DNA of 64,000 nucleotides from Eledone cirrhosa (GCA_964016885.1 OZ024756.1:25296001-25360000), one strand, 5' to 3'; positions 1 to 13,990 are shown, counted from the stretch's first letter. Notes: generated by a model from the sequence alone, not told the origin. Numbers and translations: made by a program.

Positions 1-708
1 AATTCCGCCGAGGTCAACTTTGTCTTTCATCCTTTCGAGGGCAATAAAAATACCAGACAAGTACTGGGGGTCTATTCTTCCTCTATATCACTGTCTCAAT
101 CCCTCTCTATTACTTCCTCCTTCTTTGGAAGAAATCAGATGTATTCAGACATGGAGAGTGGTTGGGCACCGCCTGTTTTAAAATGCCCAAGACACGCTTT
201 ATGTCATTACGGTGCCTCTACAATTTCATCAAAAATTACAACTCCATACACGCAATATAAACAGGGAGAAAATAACAAGTATTATAAAGTAACACTCTTT
301 ATTGCATTGGTTCTCTGTTTATCTTTACATTTAACGCGTGTTGAATAGAAAACAAAAGAGAACAACTACGTGGTACTAAACCTACTAAAAATATCAGCCA
401 AAATCTGTCTCAAATCACAATCACATGTAGTCATAATTACATTGTGTCTGGAAAGAGAGGTTATAGCCACGACTGAAAACATCTTTGACTATAGGTCTGC
501 TGGAATAGGGTCAAGCAATATATATTGGACCAAGCAATATATAAAACAGCAACATCTTGAATTCCATTGTATATAAAACAGTAAACAGCACAAGATTCCC
601 TGTACAACTTAATTATGTTGTTGTAGTCGATCACATAACTACAACGTTTATCAAATACTTCCTTTACAGTGATATCCCAGCTAAATCCCAAGACATTTTC
701 TTTTTCAG

Positions 709-900
709 GTCAGCTATGACATTCAACAGAAACGTGGCCTGATCGATATCTTCGATAAAATCAATGACACACTCCGTCGTATTGTCAGCCATCTTCACGG
801 AAAATTCCACGATTTACACGACTTCTTGCATCAAGCTATTACCCATGGGAAAGACAATTTGAAACCCCACATCGAGAACATCAAGTCCTTGGCTAAGACC
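709..900 (+). CDS. Penultimate exon of an unrecognised gene (helical, His-rich protein with a KR processing site)
   Basis: Acceptor ttttctttttcAG at 708 and donor GTACGT at 901. The 192 nt are open in phase 0-0: VSYDIQQKRGLIDIFDKINDTLRRIVSHLHGKFHDLHDFLHQAITHGKDNLKPHIENIKSLAKT. Upstream exons are not identified in the window. Confidence 0.8.
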
Positions 901-1442
901 GTACGTGTTTGTTTTAGTATAATATTGGTATATCTTATACAAAGTATTGTTATTGCAGAATTGGTAGAGCGTCCAACAAAATGCTTTGCAGTATTTAGTT
1001 TGGATTTTCTACATTCAAAGTTCAAATCCCGCCGCCTATAATCAGCAAATCAGTGATGTTTCTGCTAGGAGTTGTGACTGACAGATAGTCCCAGCAATGA
1101 AAAGACTAATGGAAACAGGGTTTCCTTTTTCCGATATAAACATCGGCTCCTTTCCTTTCTTCTGCCAGGAGTTGTGAGCGAGAGATAGTATCACCAATAG
1201 AAAGATAAATGGAAAGATGGTTTCCTTTGTCCGATTAAAGAATCAACCCTTTCTTTACTTTTTTCCTTCCTCGTACTCCCTTATTCACTTACAATAATTG
1301 CCTCACAGAAGAAAATAAATTATTGCCTTAGAAGCAGAATAGAAAAGTAATGTGTCGTTTAAGGTTAGTTCTTACAAATGTGGGGGGACTTATTGGAGAA
1401 CTGAACAAACTAATATCGAATTGCATTTTTTTATGATTTCAG

Positions 1443-1601
1443 TTTATCGCACACGTCAACGAAGTCAATGCTAAAGTCGCCAAGCAAGCTTTAGAATTCT
1501 TCAAACCATGGGCAACTTTATTGGGTGCAACATGGACCACATTAGTCGACGATATCCACAAACGTCTTGAACACTTGAAACACACCAACCCTGATTTTTA
1601 A
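1443..1601 (+). CDS. Terminal exon of the same gene
   Basis: Acceptor ttttttatgatttcAG at 1442. Phase 0 reads FIAHVNEVNAKVAKQALEFFKPWATLLGATWTTLVDDIHKRLEHLKHTNPDF*, with TAA at 1599-1601. Confidence 0.8.
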   Translation, partial: FIAHVNEVNAKVAKQALEFFKPWATLLGATWTTLVDDIHKRLEHLKHTNPDF

Positions 1602-1608
1602 CTTTCTA

Positions 1609-1614
1609 AATAAA
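1609..1614 (+). terminator. Polyadenylation signal AATAAA of the + strand gene
   Basis: AATAAA 7 nt after the stop codon, just before a (TA)n array. Confidence 0.6.
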
Positions 1615-1629
1615 AATATCATGAATTAG

Positions 1630-1705
<76 letters not shown>

Positions 1706-2048
1706 TGACATTTTGTTTGGAAAATCTGATGAATAAATATTAATACTAAAACATGCACTTTTTATGATTCTTGATTCGTTAACTCCAAGTTAAATTTGAA
1801 ATTAATAAGGTCAAAATTTTGGTAAAAATACAGAATTTTGAAAGTAATTCAACCTTAAAACTCACTAAAATTATTAAGAGGGGGAGAAAGAAGAGAAAGA
1901 GAAAGAGAAAGAGAGTGAGGGAGAGAGAAATAAATTGATTCGACAGGCAACTCGCAAAGTATATATATATATATATATATATATCAAGAGCGTGAACCTA
2001 ATAAACCTTTATTTGTCTGCCTCTCTGTTTTTGTTCCCGTCCAATTTT

Positions 2049-2125
<77 letters not shown>

Positions 2126-2552
2126 GTGTGTGTACGTATGCCTACTTACATATATATAAATATCTATATACTGTTGGATGGTCGTTGACTCTCCTGAGTT
2201 CCCTCGCCCTTTGACGGGTTTTACTTTTAATCCCGCAGGATGTCCATAAAAAGAGCTTTGATAAAGTAAAAAATAAGAGAAGATAACTGCTAACGCATTG
2301 CATTAGGTTGAACATCTTGAAGGGAAACAGCTTTTAATGGAAAACAGGAATTTGCATGTTCGATTTGGAGGACTTACAATGAGTAATGCTCGTGTTATTA
2401 TTACATTCAACGAACGTTGCTTGTTGGTGTAATTGTTTGGCTGTGAAGTGATTTAGCGCTGGATGTATTTCGTCCCAGTATAGCTTCATTCTGTTCATAT
2501 AGCCAACGGAGGGGGGGGGGGCATTTTGTAACAATTAAATAAATCATTATTA

Positions 2553-2716
2553 CAGTAATTCCCGTCGTCGAAGGCGCTACTTTTTACCTAAAATAAGTCT
2601 CAAAAATCTACCATGCGTCCTGGAGGCCGAAAGTTGTTTTTTTTTTTCAAATTTTTGGTTGTCAAAATTAGGATGCGTCATCTAGGACGGAGTGTCTTCG
2701 GTGCCGGGAAATACGG
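2553..2716. mobile_element. Tc1/mariner (pogo/Tc2-like) MITE
   Basis: Imperfect TIRs: CAGTAATTCCCGTCGTCGAAGGCGC on the left and revcomp CCGTATTTCCCGGCACCGAAGACAC on the right. TA at the left flank. Confidence 0.5.
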
Positions 2717-3184
2717 TGAGTTCGTAACTCCAAGAGAAATGCAATGTATAATTTCGGTTCCTTCTGTAGCTACAACTAAAGAACTTTTCGTTGTTGCTTT
2801 TCTTCGGTACATCATTAATGTTGATGTTGATGTTATGTTCAGTCAGGCTGTTTATAGCAAATCCTTGTAAAATGAATTTAGTATTTAATCCGATACCTCT
2901 ACGAATTTGAACAAAAGGTATTTTCAGTGAGTACAGTTAGAAGAATAACCAGTTATTCAACACGACTGGTATTTGTAGCATTACTGTCGGTGATAGTATT
3001 CATCTTAAATTTAAATGTGTATGTATGTACTCATAACGAACTCATAAAAGTCAACGGCCATCCAAAAGTATAAGTATGTAAATATATATATACACATGTA
3101 CATATGTATGTATGTATGTGTGTATGCATGGGTGCATGTGTATGTATAAGCGCGGGGACATAGAAATAGTCGGGCTGGATACCC

Positions 3185-3950
3185 GATCGCGCGGTTAAAC
3201 CACCGGGAGTGAAGGGCCCCTAGCCTTTGTCACGGCATTCTTCTAGGAGAAAGGAACTCGGGAAACTGGGATAACTCCGATATAAAACCTGCGGCTCAGT
3301 AGTTACCGATGATATTGATCTTTTCTTCTTTTCTGGTTATAGCTACTGTCGCTCAGAGAGTGGGATTGGCTCAGTGCACAGTCTATAGCTACTGTCGCTC
3401 AGAGAGTGGGATTGGCTCAGTGCACAGTCTTTCCTCACTTTAAAAAATATCTTCACGCACAGGCATTGCACGATAGAATTAATTAATAATTGTTTCTACT
3501 TTGGGCACAAGGCCAGCAATTATCCAGTACATTACTGGTACTTTATTTTATCGACCCCGTAAGGATGAAAGGCAAAGTTAACCTTGGCGGGATTTGAACT
3601 CAGACCGTAAAGGGACGTAACTATGCTGGAAAGCATGGTGTCCAACCCTTACGGATACTGCCAATTCACCGCCTTATTAATTAATAACTATTTCTACATT
3701 AGGCACAAGGCCAGCAATTACCCAGTGTATTACTGGTACTTTATTTTATCGACCCCGTAAGGATGAAAGGCAAAGTTAACCTCGGCGAGATTTGAACTCA
3801 GAATGGCAAGGGCCGTAACTCTATGCGTCAAAGCATGGCGTCCGACCCTCTACCGATACTGCCAATCCACCGCCCTGCCTTATTAATTAATAATGATTAA
3901 TAATGGTATATCGTGCAATGGCCATACTCGATAACTAGGAGGCAGCCATC
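3185..3950 (+). mobile_element. Dispersed repeat (second copy inverted at 21190-21507) interrupted by two SINEs
   Basis: 3185-3480 and 3900-3950 match the reverse complement of 21190-21507. There is an internal ~49 bp duplication at 3336-3430. Confidence 0.7.
3489..3874 (-). mobile_element. Two tandem tRNA-derived SINEs (dominant family of the window)
   Basis: The minus strand reads an A box (TGGCAGTATC..), a B box (GAGTTCAAATC), the core GCCTTTCATCCTTACGGGGTCGATAAAATAAAGTACCAG and the tail GGCCTTGTGCC..GTAGAAA(CA)ATTATT. Confidence 0.85.
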
Positions 3951-5101
3951 ATGTATGTGTGTATGTATGTGTGTATGTATGTGTGTATGTATGTGTGTAT
4001 GTATGTGTTTATGTGTATATGTATGAATGTATGTTTCAGTCTTTTGAAATATAATAATTGTTTCTACTTTAGGCACAAGGCCAGCAATTATCCAGTGCAT
4101 TACTGGTACTTTATTTTATCGACCCCCGTAAGGATGAAAGGCAAAGTCAATAATATGCAGTAGACAATTTCATACAACGATTTACATGCTTTATGTCAAT
4201 TTGTTTACGTATTTCCTCATCTAAAATTATTGTAATATATATATATTATTTTTTCTATTTAACTGATTGTTTTTATTTCTTCTTCATAACTTCACCTTCT
4301 TTTAATACTTACAGTCTTAACATCTTTCGTTGCTGGATTATAATAGAATGTAGCTTCAGCCTTGATTAGCTAAGTCTCACGAAAGTAAAAATAACATTAG
4401 AAATATTTCAGAAGATTATCACTCAAACAACTTGAAGTTTTTTTATGAAAAATGGATTTTTTATGAACATGGATTTTTCATAAATATTTTTGTTTTCAAA
4501 CATATTCCAAGCTTAGCTAACATGCCTTCATCTCTATATTCATAATAGTGAGAACACGTCAATGAATTTCAAAGGAAACTGTGTTAAAAGATCACAGAAA
4601 ATCCGTCGTTCGTTTACTATTAGGAACGTTGTAATCAATTAAACCATCAAGCCATAACAACTGAGCCGCAGTTAACGAATCATAAAATATGATAAAGATT
4701 AAATGCGGCTCATTTAGCATTAAAACATTCATTTGTGTTTATATATGTATATATACTCTTACACCACTCTACTCTCAGTCACCCTAACGCCCTCTCTCTA
4801 TATGTATGTATACATCTTCAACACAACACAACAGATCAATTTGAAAATCGCACAGAATGCGAGAAAGTTCCCCAGATAGTGAACAAGGACTTAACAGAAA
4901 TAATATCAATAATGACTTATTGTAAAGATTTGAATTATTAAAGAACATCAACCACCAGTGAAGTCATTCTTCCCCTGTTTATCAAATATATATATATAGG
5001 GCGACCGGCTGAGGTTGAAGGAACAGAATAGCGGTCGCCCTCGGGTCCTCGATTTTCAGCCCCATGGATTTTATCTATTACATTCACGTATTATATTTCG
5101 A

Positions 5102-5159
5102 ATACCTGATGATATCACCGGATTCATACGGAACCCGGTCATTGAAATGATCATAGTAT
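5102..5159 (+). ncRNA. Type I minimal hammerhead ribozyme motif (PLE pLTR type)
   Basis: Stem I ATAC/GTAT; CTGATGA 5106-5112; stem II containing ACCGG/CCGGT; GAAA 5144-5147; T-GATC-A palindrome; UA cleavage triplet end; AATAAA 5160-5165. Island is flanked by (TA)n. Confidence 0.75.
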
Positions 5160-5205
5160 AATAAACCTTTCAAGGATTTACACAAATCCAGCCTCCTGTC
5201 ATTTC

Positions 5206-5259
<54 letters not shown>

Positions 5260-5372
5260 TATATATAATATATATATATATAATATATATATATATAATA
5301 TATATATATAATATATATATATAATATATATATATAATATATATATATAATATATATATATAATATATATAT

Positions 5373-5422
<50 letters not shown>

Positions 5423-5632
5423 CATCAAAGATACTATTTATAGTTATGTATATATTATACTATAAACAACTATAAACAGGGAAGGTCAGTAACTTAATAC
5501 TACCCTATTACCAGTAAGATAAATGGCTCAATGTAAGAACAACAGTTGTTTTCCAGAGCAGTTATATTGAATTCACAAGAATCAAAGTTATGTTTAAAAC
5601 ATTTAAAAGATTTATTGAACATATATTGAATT

Positions 5633-5670
<38 letters not shown>

Positions 5671-5827
5671 GTGGTTACACAACAGTTAGTTCACCATGCT
5701 GAGAACAATTGTCCTCGGTATGGCGAACTAACTGTTGTGTAACCACTTCTACCTAACTCGTCCCATGGACTGAATGCTGTACCACTACGGATATTACCTT
5801 CCAGTGTTCTACCATTATATATCTAGA

Positions 5828-6182
5828 TGAGGGTTGCACATTTTTTTTTTTTGGGGGGGGGGGTATGTGTTACCCATATGAACTGTCTCCCCCTATTGGG
5901 GAAAATCGACTAATTTTTAAATTGCATTTGTGATAATATTTTACACGTTTTTATTGTATGTAAACTTCCCCCTTTGTATTTGTCCCCTTCTTTTGTGCCC
6001 CTGTGGCTAATAAAGAAACATATCTATCTATCTATCTATATATGTGTGTGTGTGTGTGTGTGTTCTCTCCCGAATGAAACAGTTCTAGTCCTGTAGAAGC
6101 CATTTCTATATTATGTATTAAATATTTATACTCTGGTATGTATTTAGTACCTTAATTACTGTTGTTAACCCCCGATTTAACT

Positions 6183-6242
<60 letters not shown>

Positions 6243-6260
6243 CTATATATATATAGAGAG

Positions 6261-6332
<72 letters not shown>

Positions 6333-6728
6333 TTCTTTATTAGCCACAGGGGCACAAAAGAAGGCGACAAATACAAAGGGGGAAGTTTACATACAATAAA
6401 AACGTGTAAAATATTATCACAAATGCAATTTAAAAATTAGTCGATTTTCCCCAATAGGGGTAGACAGTTCATATGGGTAACACATACCCCCGAAAAAATG
6501 TGCAACCCTCAACTCCAGGAGTACGAAGAGTTTGTACTCCCTTCCTCTCCTCCTCCTTTTCCTCAACCTAAAGGCTGATATAGAGAGAAGGTCCATTCAC
6601 TCGGGCCATTCTCGCCACTTTCACCCACTTTTCATAAAACTTGAACCTCTCTCTCCATCCTGATTCTTCTTCCAAAGTGGTATTTGCAAAAAAGAATCAG
6701 TTGTTGGCCGGAGAGAAAGGTGTCTGAC
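5828..6728. mobile_element. Two tail-to-tail 3' ends of an L1/Tx1-like LINE in (ATCT)n
   Basis: 5828-6019 (+) is the reverse complement of 6332-6511. Both end AATAAAGAAA + (ATCT)n. 6570-6722 minus reads FLSGQQLILFCKYHFGRRIRMERE../FYEKWVKVARMARVNGPSLYISL*, which resembles an ORF2 C-terminus. Confidence 0.6.
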
Positions 6729-6994
6729 ATATAGATAGATAGATAGATATGGATTGGTGCAGATGCATACATTTATAGAAATATAAAGCGAGACAAAATA
6801 TTTTATAAACTTTGATTTTATTCATAATTTTGATTTTATTTAAAATTGTTATCCTCAATCTTATGACGAATTAGATTCAAAATGAGTAATAGATATTATA
6901 CGTAACATGCATTGGCTACAATTATATATATATTACATATGTAAACGCACACACACCTGCGCACGCGCACACACACACAAGTACGCGCGCGCGA

Positions 6995-8140
<1,146 letters not shown>

Positions 8141-8440
8141 AAAGCTTCTACAGAACGAGAACTGTTTCATTCGTGAGAAATCATCAGTACCTTACTTACT
8201 GTGGTTACTCCCGATTGAACCGGGAATAACTTATATATATATATATAACGAAGGGAGTGTGGTAAGGTACCAGATGGACCATAACGCACCAGAGTACTCA
8301 GTACTTAGGGTAGTAGAATGGTTAATAGGAAAATATTCAAGACCCCTACGGCAGAGCTCAAGCCGTTTCGACGGCTATTTCGCCGGAGAAATAGCCGTCG
8401 AAACGGCTTGAACTCTGCCATAGGCGTCTTGAATATTTTC
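8141..8440. mobile_element. Two PLE pLTR-type islands in (TA)n with hammerhead remnants
   Basis: 8144-8187 minus reads CTGATGA-TTTCTCACGAAT-GAAA-CAG..CTG-TA-GAAGC (5' arm of stem I lost). 8248-8440 is a family B island with a palindrome containing GAAACGGCTTGAACTCTGCC. Confidence 0.65.
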
Positions 8441-8527
8441 ATATATATATTTATATATTTATATATATATATATATATATGCAAATATATATATGCAAAT
8501 ATATATATATATATATGCATATAAATA

Positions 8528-8567
<40 letters not shown>

Positions 8568-8869
8568 TACATATATATATATATGCATACATAGGTACAT
8601 TCATACACAAACATACTTAAAGATTGCTATTGCTGTATAAGTAAACATGCAAATTTATATAGATGTGTGATGATATTTTATACCCTGTATGCCTATATGT
8701 GGGTTTGAGTCTGTATCTGGATGCATATCTATGTGTATATACGTCAGTGTATATGTGTGTGTTTGCATATATTATGTAATTTTAGGGAACATAGTAATTC
8801 AAAACAGGCGTTTTATCATAGGAATTGTGATAGACAGCGCGTCTTAAATTTGTGTATAAATTTCATGAG

Positions 8870-9790
8870 TGTTTGATGTAAAAATATACAACATATACAC
8901 AACTTTGTCTCGAATATGTGTATATATATATGTGTTTATATATTATTACATTACCTGATGGTTTAATGTAAAAATATACAATATATATACATACCTGCCT
9001 CTCAAATTTGTATATATAATATATACCATTACATTACCCGATGGTTTAATGTAAAAATATACAATATATATATAACTGCGTCTCAAATTTGTGTATATAA
9101 TATATACCATTACATTACCCGATGGTTTGATGTAAAAATATACAATATATATATATATAACTGCGTCTCAAATTTGTGTATATATTATATATCATTACAT
9201 TACCCGATGGTTTAATGTAAAAATATACAATATATATATAACTGCGTCTCAAATTTGTGTATATAATATATACCATTACATTACCCGATGGTTTGATGTA
9301 AAAATATACAATATATATATATATAACTGCGTCTCAAATTTGTGTATATATTATATATCATTACATTACCCGATGGTTTAATGTAAAAATATACAATATA
9401 TATATATAACTGCGTCTCAAATTTGTGTATATAATATATACCATTACATTACCCGATGGTTTGATGTAAAAATATACAATATATATACATACCTGCCTCT
9501 CAAATTTGTATATATAATATATACCATTACATTACCCGATGGTTTAATGTAAAAATATACAATATATATACATAACTGCGTCTCAAATTTGTGAATATAT
9601 TATATATTATTACATTACCCGATGATTTGATGTAAAAATATACAATATATATACATACCTGCCTCTCAAATTTGTATATATAATATATACCATTACATTA
9701 CCCGATGATTTGATGTAAAAATATACAATATATATACATAACTGCGTCTCAAATTTGTGAATATATTGTATATTGTTACATTAAATATCT
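8870..9790. repeat. Minisatellite, ~81-84 bp unit, ~11 copies
   Basis: Unit ttacattacccgatggtttaatgtaaaaatatacaa(ta)nactgcgtctcaaatttgtgtatataatatatacca. Confidence 0.9.
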
Positions 9791-10170
9791 GTGACTCAAA
9801 TTTGTGTATATATTGTTACATTGACTGTATCTCAAATTTGTATATATATTGTATATCTTTACATTAACTGTGTGTCTCAAATTTGTCCTACGTGTGTACG
9901 CATTTGGCTTGAAATCGTGTGATCTGGAAAAATCCATTTGGATAATATTTGAGCATACACACAGATACGTATTTTCAATGTTATCATTATCACCAGCTTC
10001 TCATCTGCCATGTTAACTCGTATTGTATTATCAACCTTGCTGTAACATATACTCAGTATATAAACTTATAAGTTTTTTCCTTGTTCTGTATGTTCCTCCC
10101 AGTGTACACAGACACACAAACGTATGCATATAAAAATGTTTATGTACGTGTGCACATTAACGTGTGTGCA

Positions 10171-10236
<66 letters not shown>

Positions 10237-11545
10237 GTCTGTGTGTGTGTGTATGTGTTTGTGTTCATATATATATATATATATGTGTGTGTGTGTATGT
10301 TACTGAAAATAGAATCGTTTTGCTAATATTTGTTTTGTCATTAATTTTTTTGTGCGCCGTTCGTTTAGTTGTTATTCTTTTTATTATTTTTATTGTTGTT
10401 GTAATTATTATTATTATTATCATTATTATCATTATTACTGATGTACTAATGCTAAAAATAAATATTAATATTGTTATACTCTATCTCCCAATGAATATCA
10501 ATTAAACAGTTTATTTTATTTTCTTACGAAGGATTCGTCAGTTTGGACATTATGGACAACTTTCCCAAAATCTTTGGCTGGGCAGTGCTGACATCATGTC
10601 AAAACCTTGGTAGCAGGGAAATTGGGTGTTAGACAGCAAGAGGAGGAGGGTAAGGATGTATAGCATCAGGGAAGATTCGAACTAGGAATATTTGTTTCAA
10701 AACTAAACGTAGTAAGGTTATACTTATCTTAGAAACATAGGTTCGTAGTTCCAATGCAATCTAATACCATGCATATACTGATGAATATGTTACTAGGTAT
10801 GTAATACTTTCAGAGATTAAAACCGTTTGCAACGTAATATAGATGGATACATTAAGGCATGTTTTCATCTCTGCGGTGAGATTCATAATCCGAAAAGTTA
10901 TAATGGTAAGTAAGCCATTAATATCATTATTGTTGTTGTTGTTAATGATGTTTTTTGGCGATGGATTGGCAATGTCGGTAGAGCGTCGGACAACATGCTT
11001 TGCCGCATATAGTCACAGCCTTTTACAATCTGAGTTCAAATCGCACCGAGTTTAGATTTGCTTTTCATCCTTATGGAGTCGATAAAATAAAATACCAGTA
11101 ACGCACTGGGGTTAGTAGAAACAATTATTATTTTTTTATGTGTTTCTTCAACAGTTTCGTGCGAGTTTTTACTCCACAACAAAGTGCCCTTCCATATTCC
11201 TAAGGTAAGTCCAGCATAGTACATTTTATTTATTTAGTGGGGTGGGGTAAAGACTGATCCGGCTAGTTTTGTTCCGTTATGGGGCTTAGACTACTGTTTC
11301 TGCAGGTATTTTCGTGTTTATTCTATTGTATAGTGCATGTGTAATGTCAGTTGTGTTATTTTGTTGTATGGTGAATATGTTCTGTACATGTTGTGTTATT
11401 GATGTCGGATGTGTCTTAGTGTTGGATGTGTGGTGTCTTTTAACACAACGTAGTGAGGATAGGAGAGGAGATGAGTGGTTTGGGTGTACCTGAATAGAGG
11501 TGGCCTGAGAATAGCAAACTCTGAGGAGCAGAGGCCATTATAGTA

Positions 11546-11582
<37 letters not shown>

Positions 11583-11672
11583 GAACTTATCATATATAAA
11601 TGGCAGCGATAATGAGGGACAGAGACCGCTGGAGAGAACTCGTCCATGGATCTCGGGAATTTTACCCGCCCT

Positions 11673-11710
<38 letters not shown>

Positions 11711-11989
11711 GACCTTATCGTTTGAAGCTCTTCATAGTAGAATAGATCAATTTATTGATCGGGAGAGGAGGATTGAAAAGTGGTTTTGATAAACATAATT
11801 AAAAATAATAATAATTATTATAAATTCAAAAAAGACGAAAATAGTGATAAATACTACTACTGCTGCTACTGCTGCTGCTGCTGCTGTTGCTGTTGTTGCG
11901 GCTGCTGCTGCTGCTGCTGCTGCTATACTACTACTACTAGTACTGATGATAAAGACGATTATGATAAAATAGATATTAATAAAATAATA

Positions 11990-12510
11990 ATTGTTTCTAC
12001 TTTAGGCACAAGGCCAGCAATTACCCAGTGCATTACTGGTACTTTATTTTATCGACCCCGTAAGGATGAAAGGCAAAGTCAACCTCGGCGAGATTTGAAC
12101 TCAGATCGTAAAGGGACGTAACTATGCTGGAAAGCATGGCGTCCGACCCTCCACCGATACTGCCAATTCACCGCCATCTTATTAATAAAATAATAATGGT
12201 TTCTAATTTTGATTCATGGCTAGTATTTGGTGGGGTGAATCGATTTTATCGACTCCAGTATATGACTGATACTTTATTTTATCGATCTCAGAAAGTTGAG
12301 AGGCAAAGTTAACCTCGGCACGATTTGAGCTCAGAACGTAACGAACCATAACAAAACACCACTAAGCATTTACTCCGATGCTCTAACGATTCTACCAATC
12401 CAACGCCCTTAATAATAATGATTTCTACTTTAGGCACAAGGCCAGCAACTTTGAGGGGAGGGGAAAGTCGGTTAAATAGACGCCAGTGCATTACTGGTGC
12501 TTTATTTTAT
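11990..12510 (-). mobile_element. Cluster of three tRNA-derived SINE copies
   Basis: Same family motifs as 3489-3874, each starting in (AAT)n-like sequence. Confidence 0.8.
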
Positions 12511-12517
12511 GACGATG

Positions 12518-12550
<33 letters not shown>

Positions 12551-12554
12551 TAAT

Positions 12555-12848
12555 AAAACAGTGGTTGTAGGCGCTCTGGAAATGATACCTAAGGGGTCTA
12601 ATGATTACTTATCGCAGATCCCAGGAAACCCGCGTATAGGAGAAATACAAAAGATAGTACTAATGGGAACTGCCCATATACTAAGGAAGATTCTGTCAAT
12701 ATAAGTACATCACAAGTCTAAACGCTAAAGATGCATGTGTGAGTATGTATGTTCTTCCTTGAACATGGCGGACCTTGTTGTCTCTTGAGGTCACTGGTTG
12801 TGACTTGGTGATAACTCGTATGAACATAAAGCAAGATAAATGCAACTG
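12555..12848 (+). mobile_element. 3' end of an R4/Dong-like RLE non-LTR retrotransposon (family 1) in (AAT)n
   Basis: Reads KTVVVGALEMIPKGSNDYLSQIPGNPRIGEIQKIVLMGTAHILRKILSI*. (AAT)n on both sides. Confidence 0.7.
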
Positions 12849-12873
12849 TAATAATAATAATAATAATAATAAT

Positions 12874-13298
12874 AGGATACAGACGGACAAGAAACTGGAA
12901 CACAATGGACCTGACCTGGTAGTTTTGGACAAGGAAAAAAGATCGTGCCTGATTGTGGATGTGGCCTGCCCATTCGACACGAGAGTGCAAGAGAAGGATA
13001 GGGAGAAAATTAACCGATACCAGGACTTAAAGTGGGAGGTAAAAAGGATTTGGAACTGCCATGAAGTCAAAGTGGTCCCGATTGTCATAGGCGCACTAGG
13101 TACTATCTCAAAAGGTTTCCAGGGATGGTTTAAAGAAAATTGGCCCCGCTACGCTTTTTGGAACACTTCAAAAGGCATGCTTGCTGGGAACAGCAAGAAC
13201 TCTCCGATACGTCCTGAATATCTGAGGCTCCAGGTAGTGGCTTGATATTCATTTCAACAAACATTCCAGTTAACTAACATCAATGTCTAAGACTCAAA

Positions 13299-13300
<2 letters not shown>
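12874..13300 (+). mobile_element. 3' end of an R4/Dong-like RLE non-LTR retrotransposon (family 2) in (AAT)n
   Basis: IQTDKKLEHNGPDLVVLDKEKRSCLIVDVACPFD..EKINRYQDL..VVPIVIGALG is a PD..D restriction-like endonuclease, frameshifted near the end. Flanked by (AAT)n. Confidence 0.8.
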
Positions 13301-13339
<39 letters not shown>

Positions 13340-13480
13340 TGTGATTAATCGTTGGTAAAGGAGAATTGAACACATACATACATATACAAAAATGACATTC
13401 ACACGTCCTTTACTCTTAGATTAGTCCTCACCACTTCAACACACACACACACACACACACACAGATATATATATATATAT

Positions 13481-13982
13481 AAGAGGGTGTTAAAGTTTGC
13501 TTGAAGCATTGTGAAATGTGTAAAAATACGTATTTAAGAAAGCCACAACAATGCAGAGGGAAATCTCGAGGTAGGAAGTGAATGATAGATAGGAGAAACA
13601 GGAGAGAGTGAAAATTGAGAGAGACAAAGATGAAAACAAAACAAAGGTAGAAGGGTTACCGTAGTAGAGATTTAATCCCAATATTTCGGGCTCACGCCCA
13701 TCAACGGGGGAAAAGTTCCAAAAGGGGGGAAACAGGCCAAGCGGAGAAAGTTGTGATGTCGTTAAGACAGGAATGCCGTTAAGATTAAATCTCTACTAGG
13801 ATTAAATCTCTACTAGGATTAAATCTCTACTAGGATTAAATCTCTACTACGGTAACCCTTCTACCTTTGTTTTGTTTTCATCTTTGTCTCTCTCAATTTT
13901 CACTTTCACCTGTTTTTCCTATCTATATTTCACTTCCTACCTCGAGATTTCCCTTTGCATTGTTGTGGCTTTCTTAAATACG

Positions 13983-13990
<8 letters not shown>
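13481..13990. mobile_element. Palindromic (TA)n-embedded element (second copy at 53225-53472)
   Basis: 13521-13677 is inverted at 13837-13989. The centre has tandem GATTAAATCTCTACTAG units. The 53225-53472 copy is near-identical to 13521-13768. Confidence 0.75.

Noticed and set aside
139-348. ORF ending in a signal-peptide-like stretch (KVTLFIALVLCLSL), a possible first exon of the + strand gene
   Set aside because: No ATG directly before the hydrophobic stretch, no suitable donor before the stop, and the ORF start overlaps a repeat also seen at 45280-45410.
1058-1262. ~105-bp diverged tandem duplication in the intron of the + strand gene
   Set aside because: No splice signals or ORF. Ordinary local duplication.
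8870-9790. Regularly spaced hairpin repeats resembling a CRISPR array
   Set aside because: The whole unit repeats with no unique spacers, there are no cas genes, and the context is eukaryotic.
11400-11548. HYYNGLCSSEFAILRPP, resembling a Jockey/I-type LINE C-terminus
   Set aside because: Too short and degenerate to classify without a database search.
11855-11945. Poly-Cys ORF (11780-12121)
   Set aside because: Product of (CTA)n/(CTG)n trinucleotide repeats running into a SINE.
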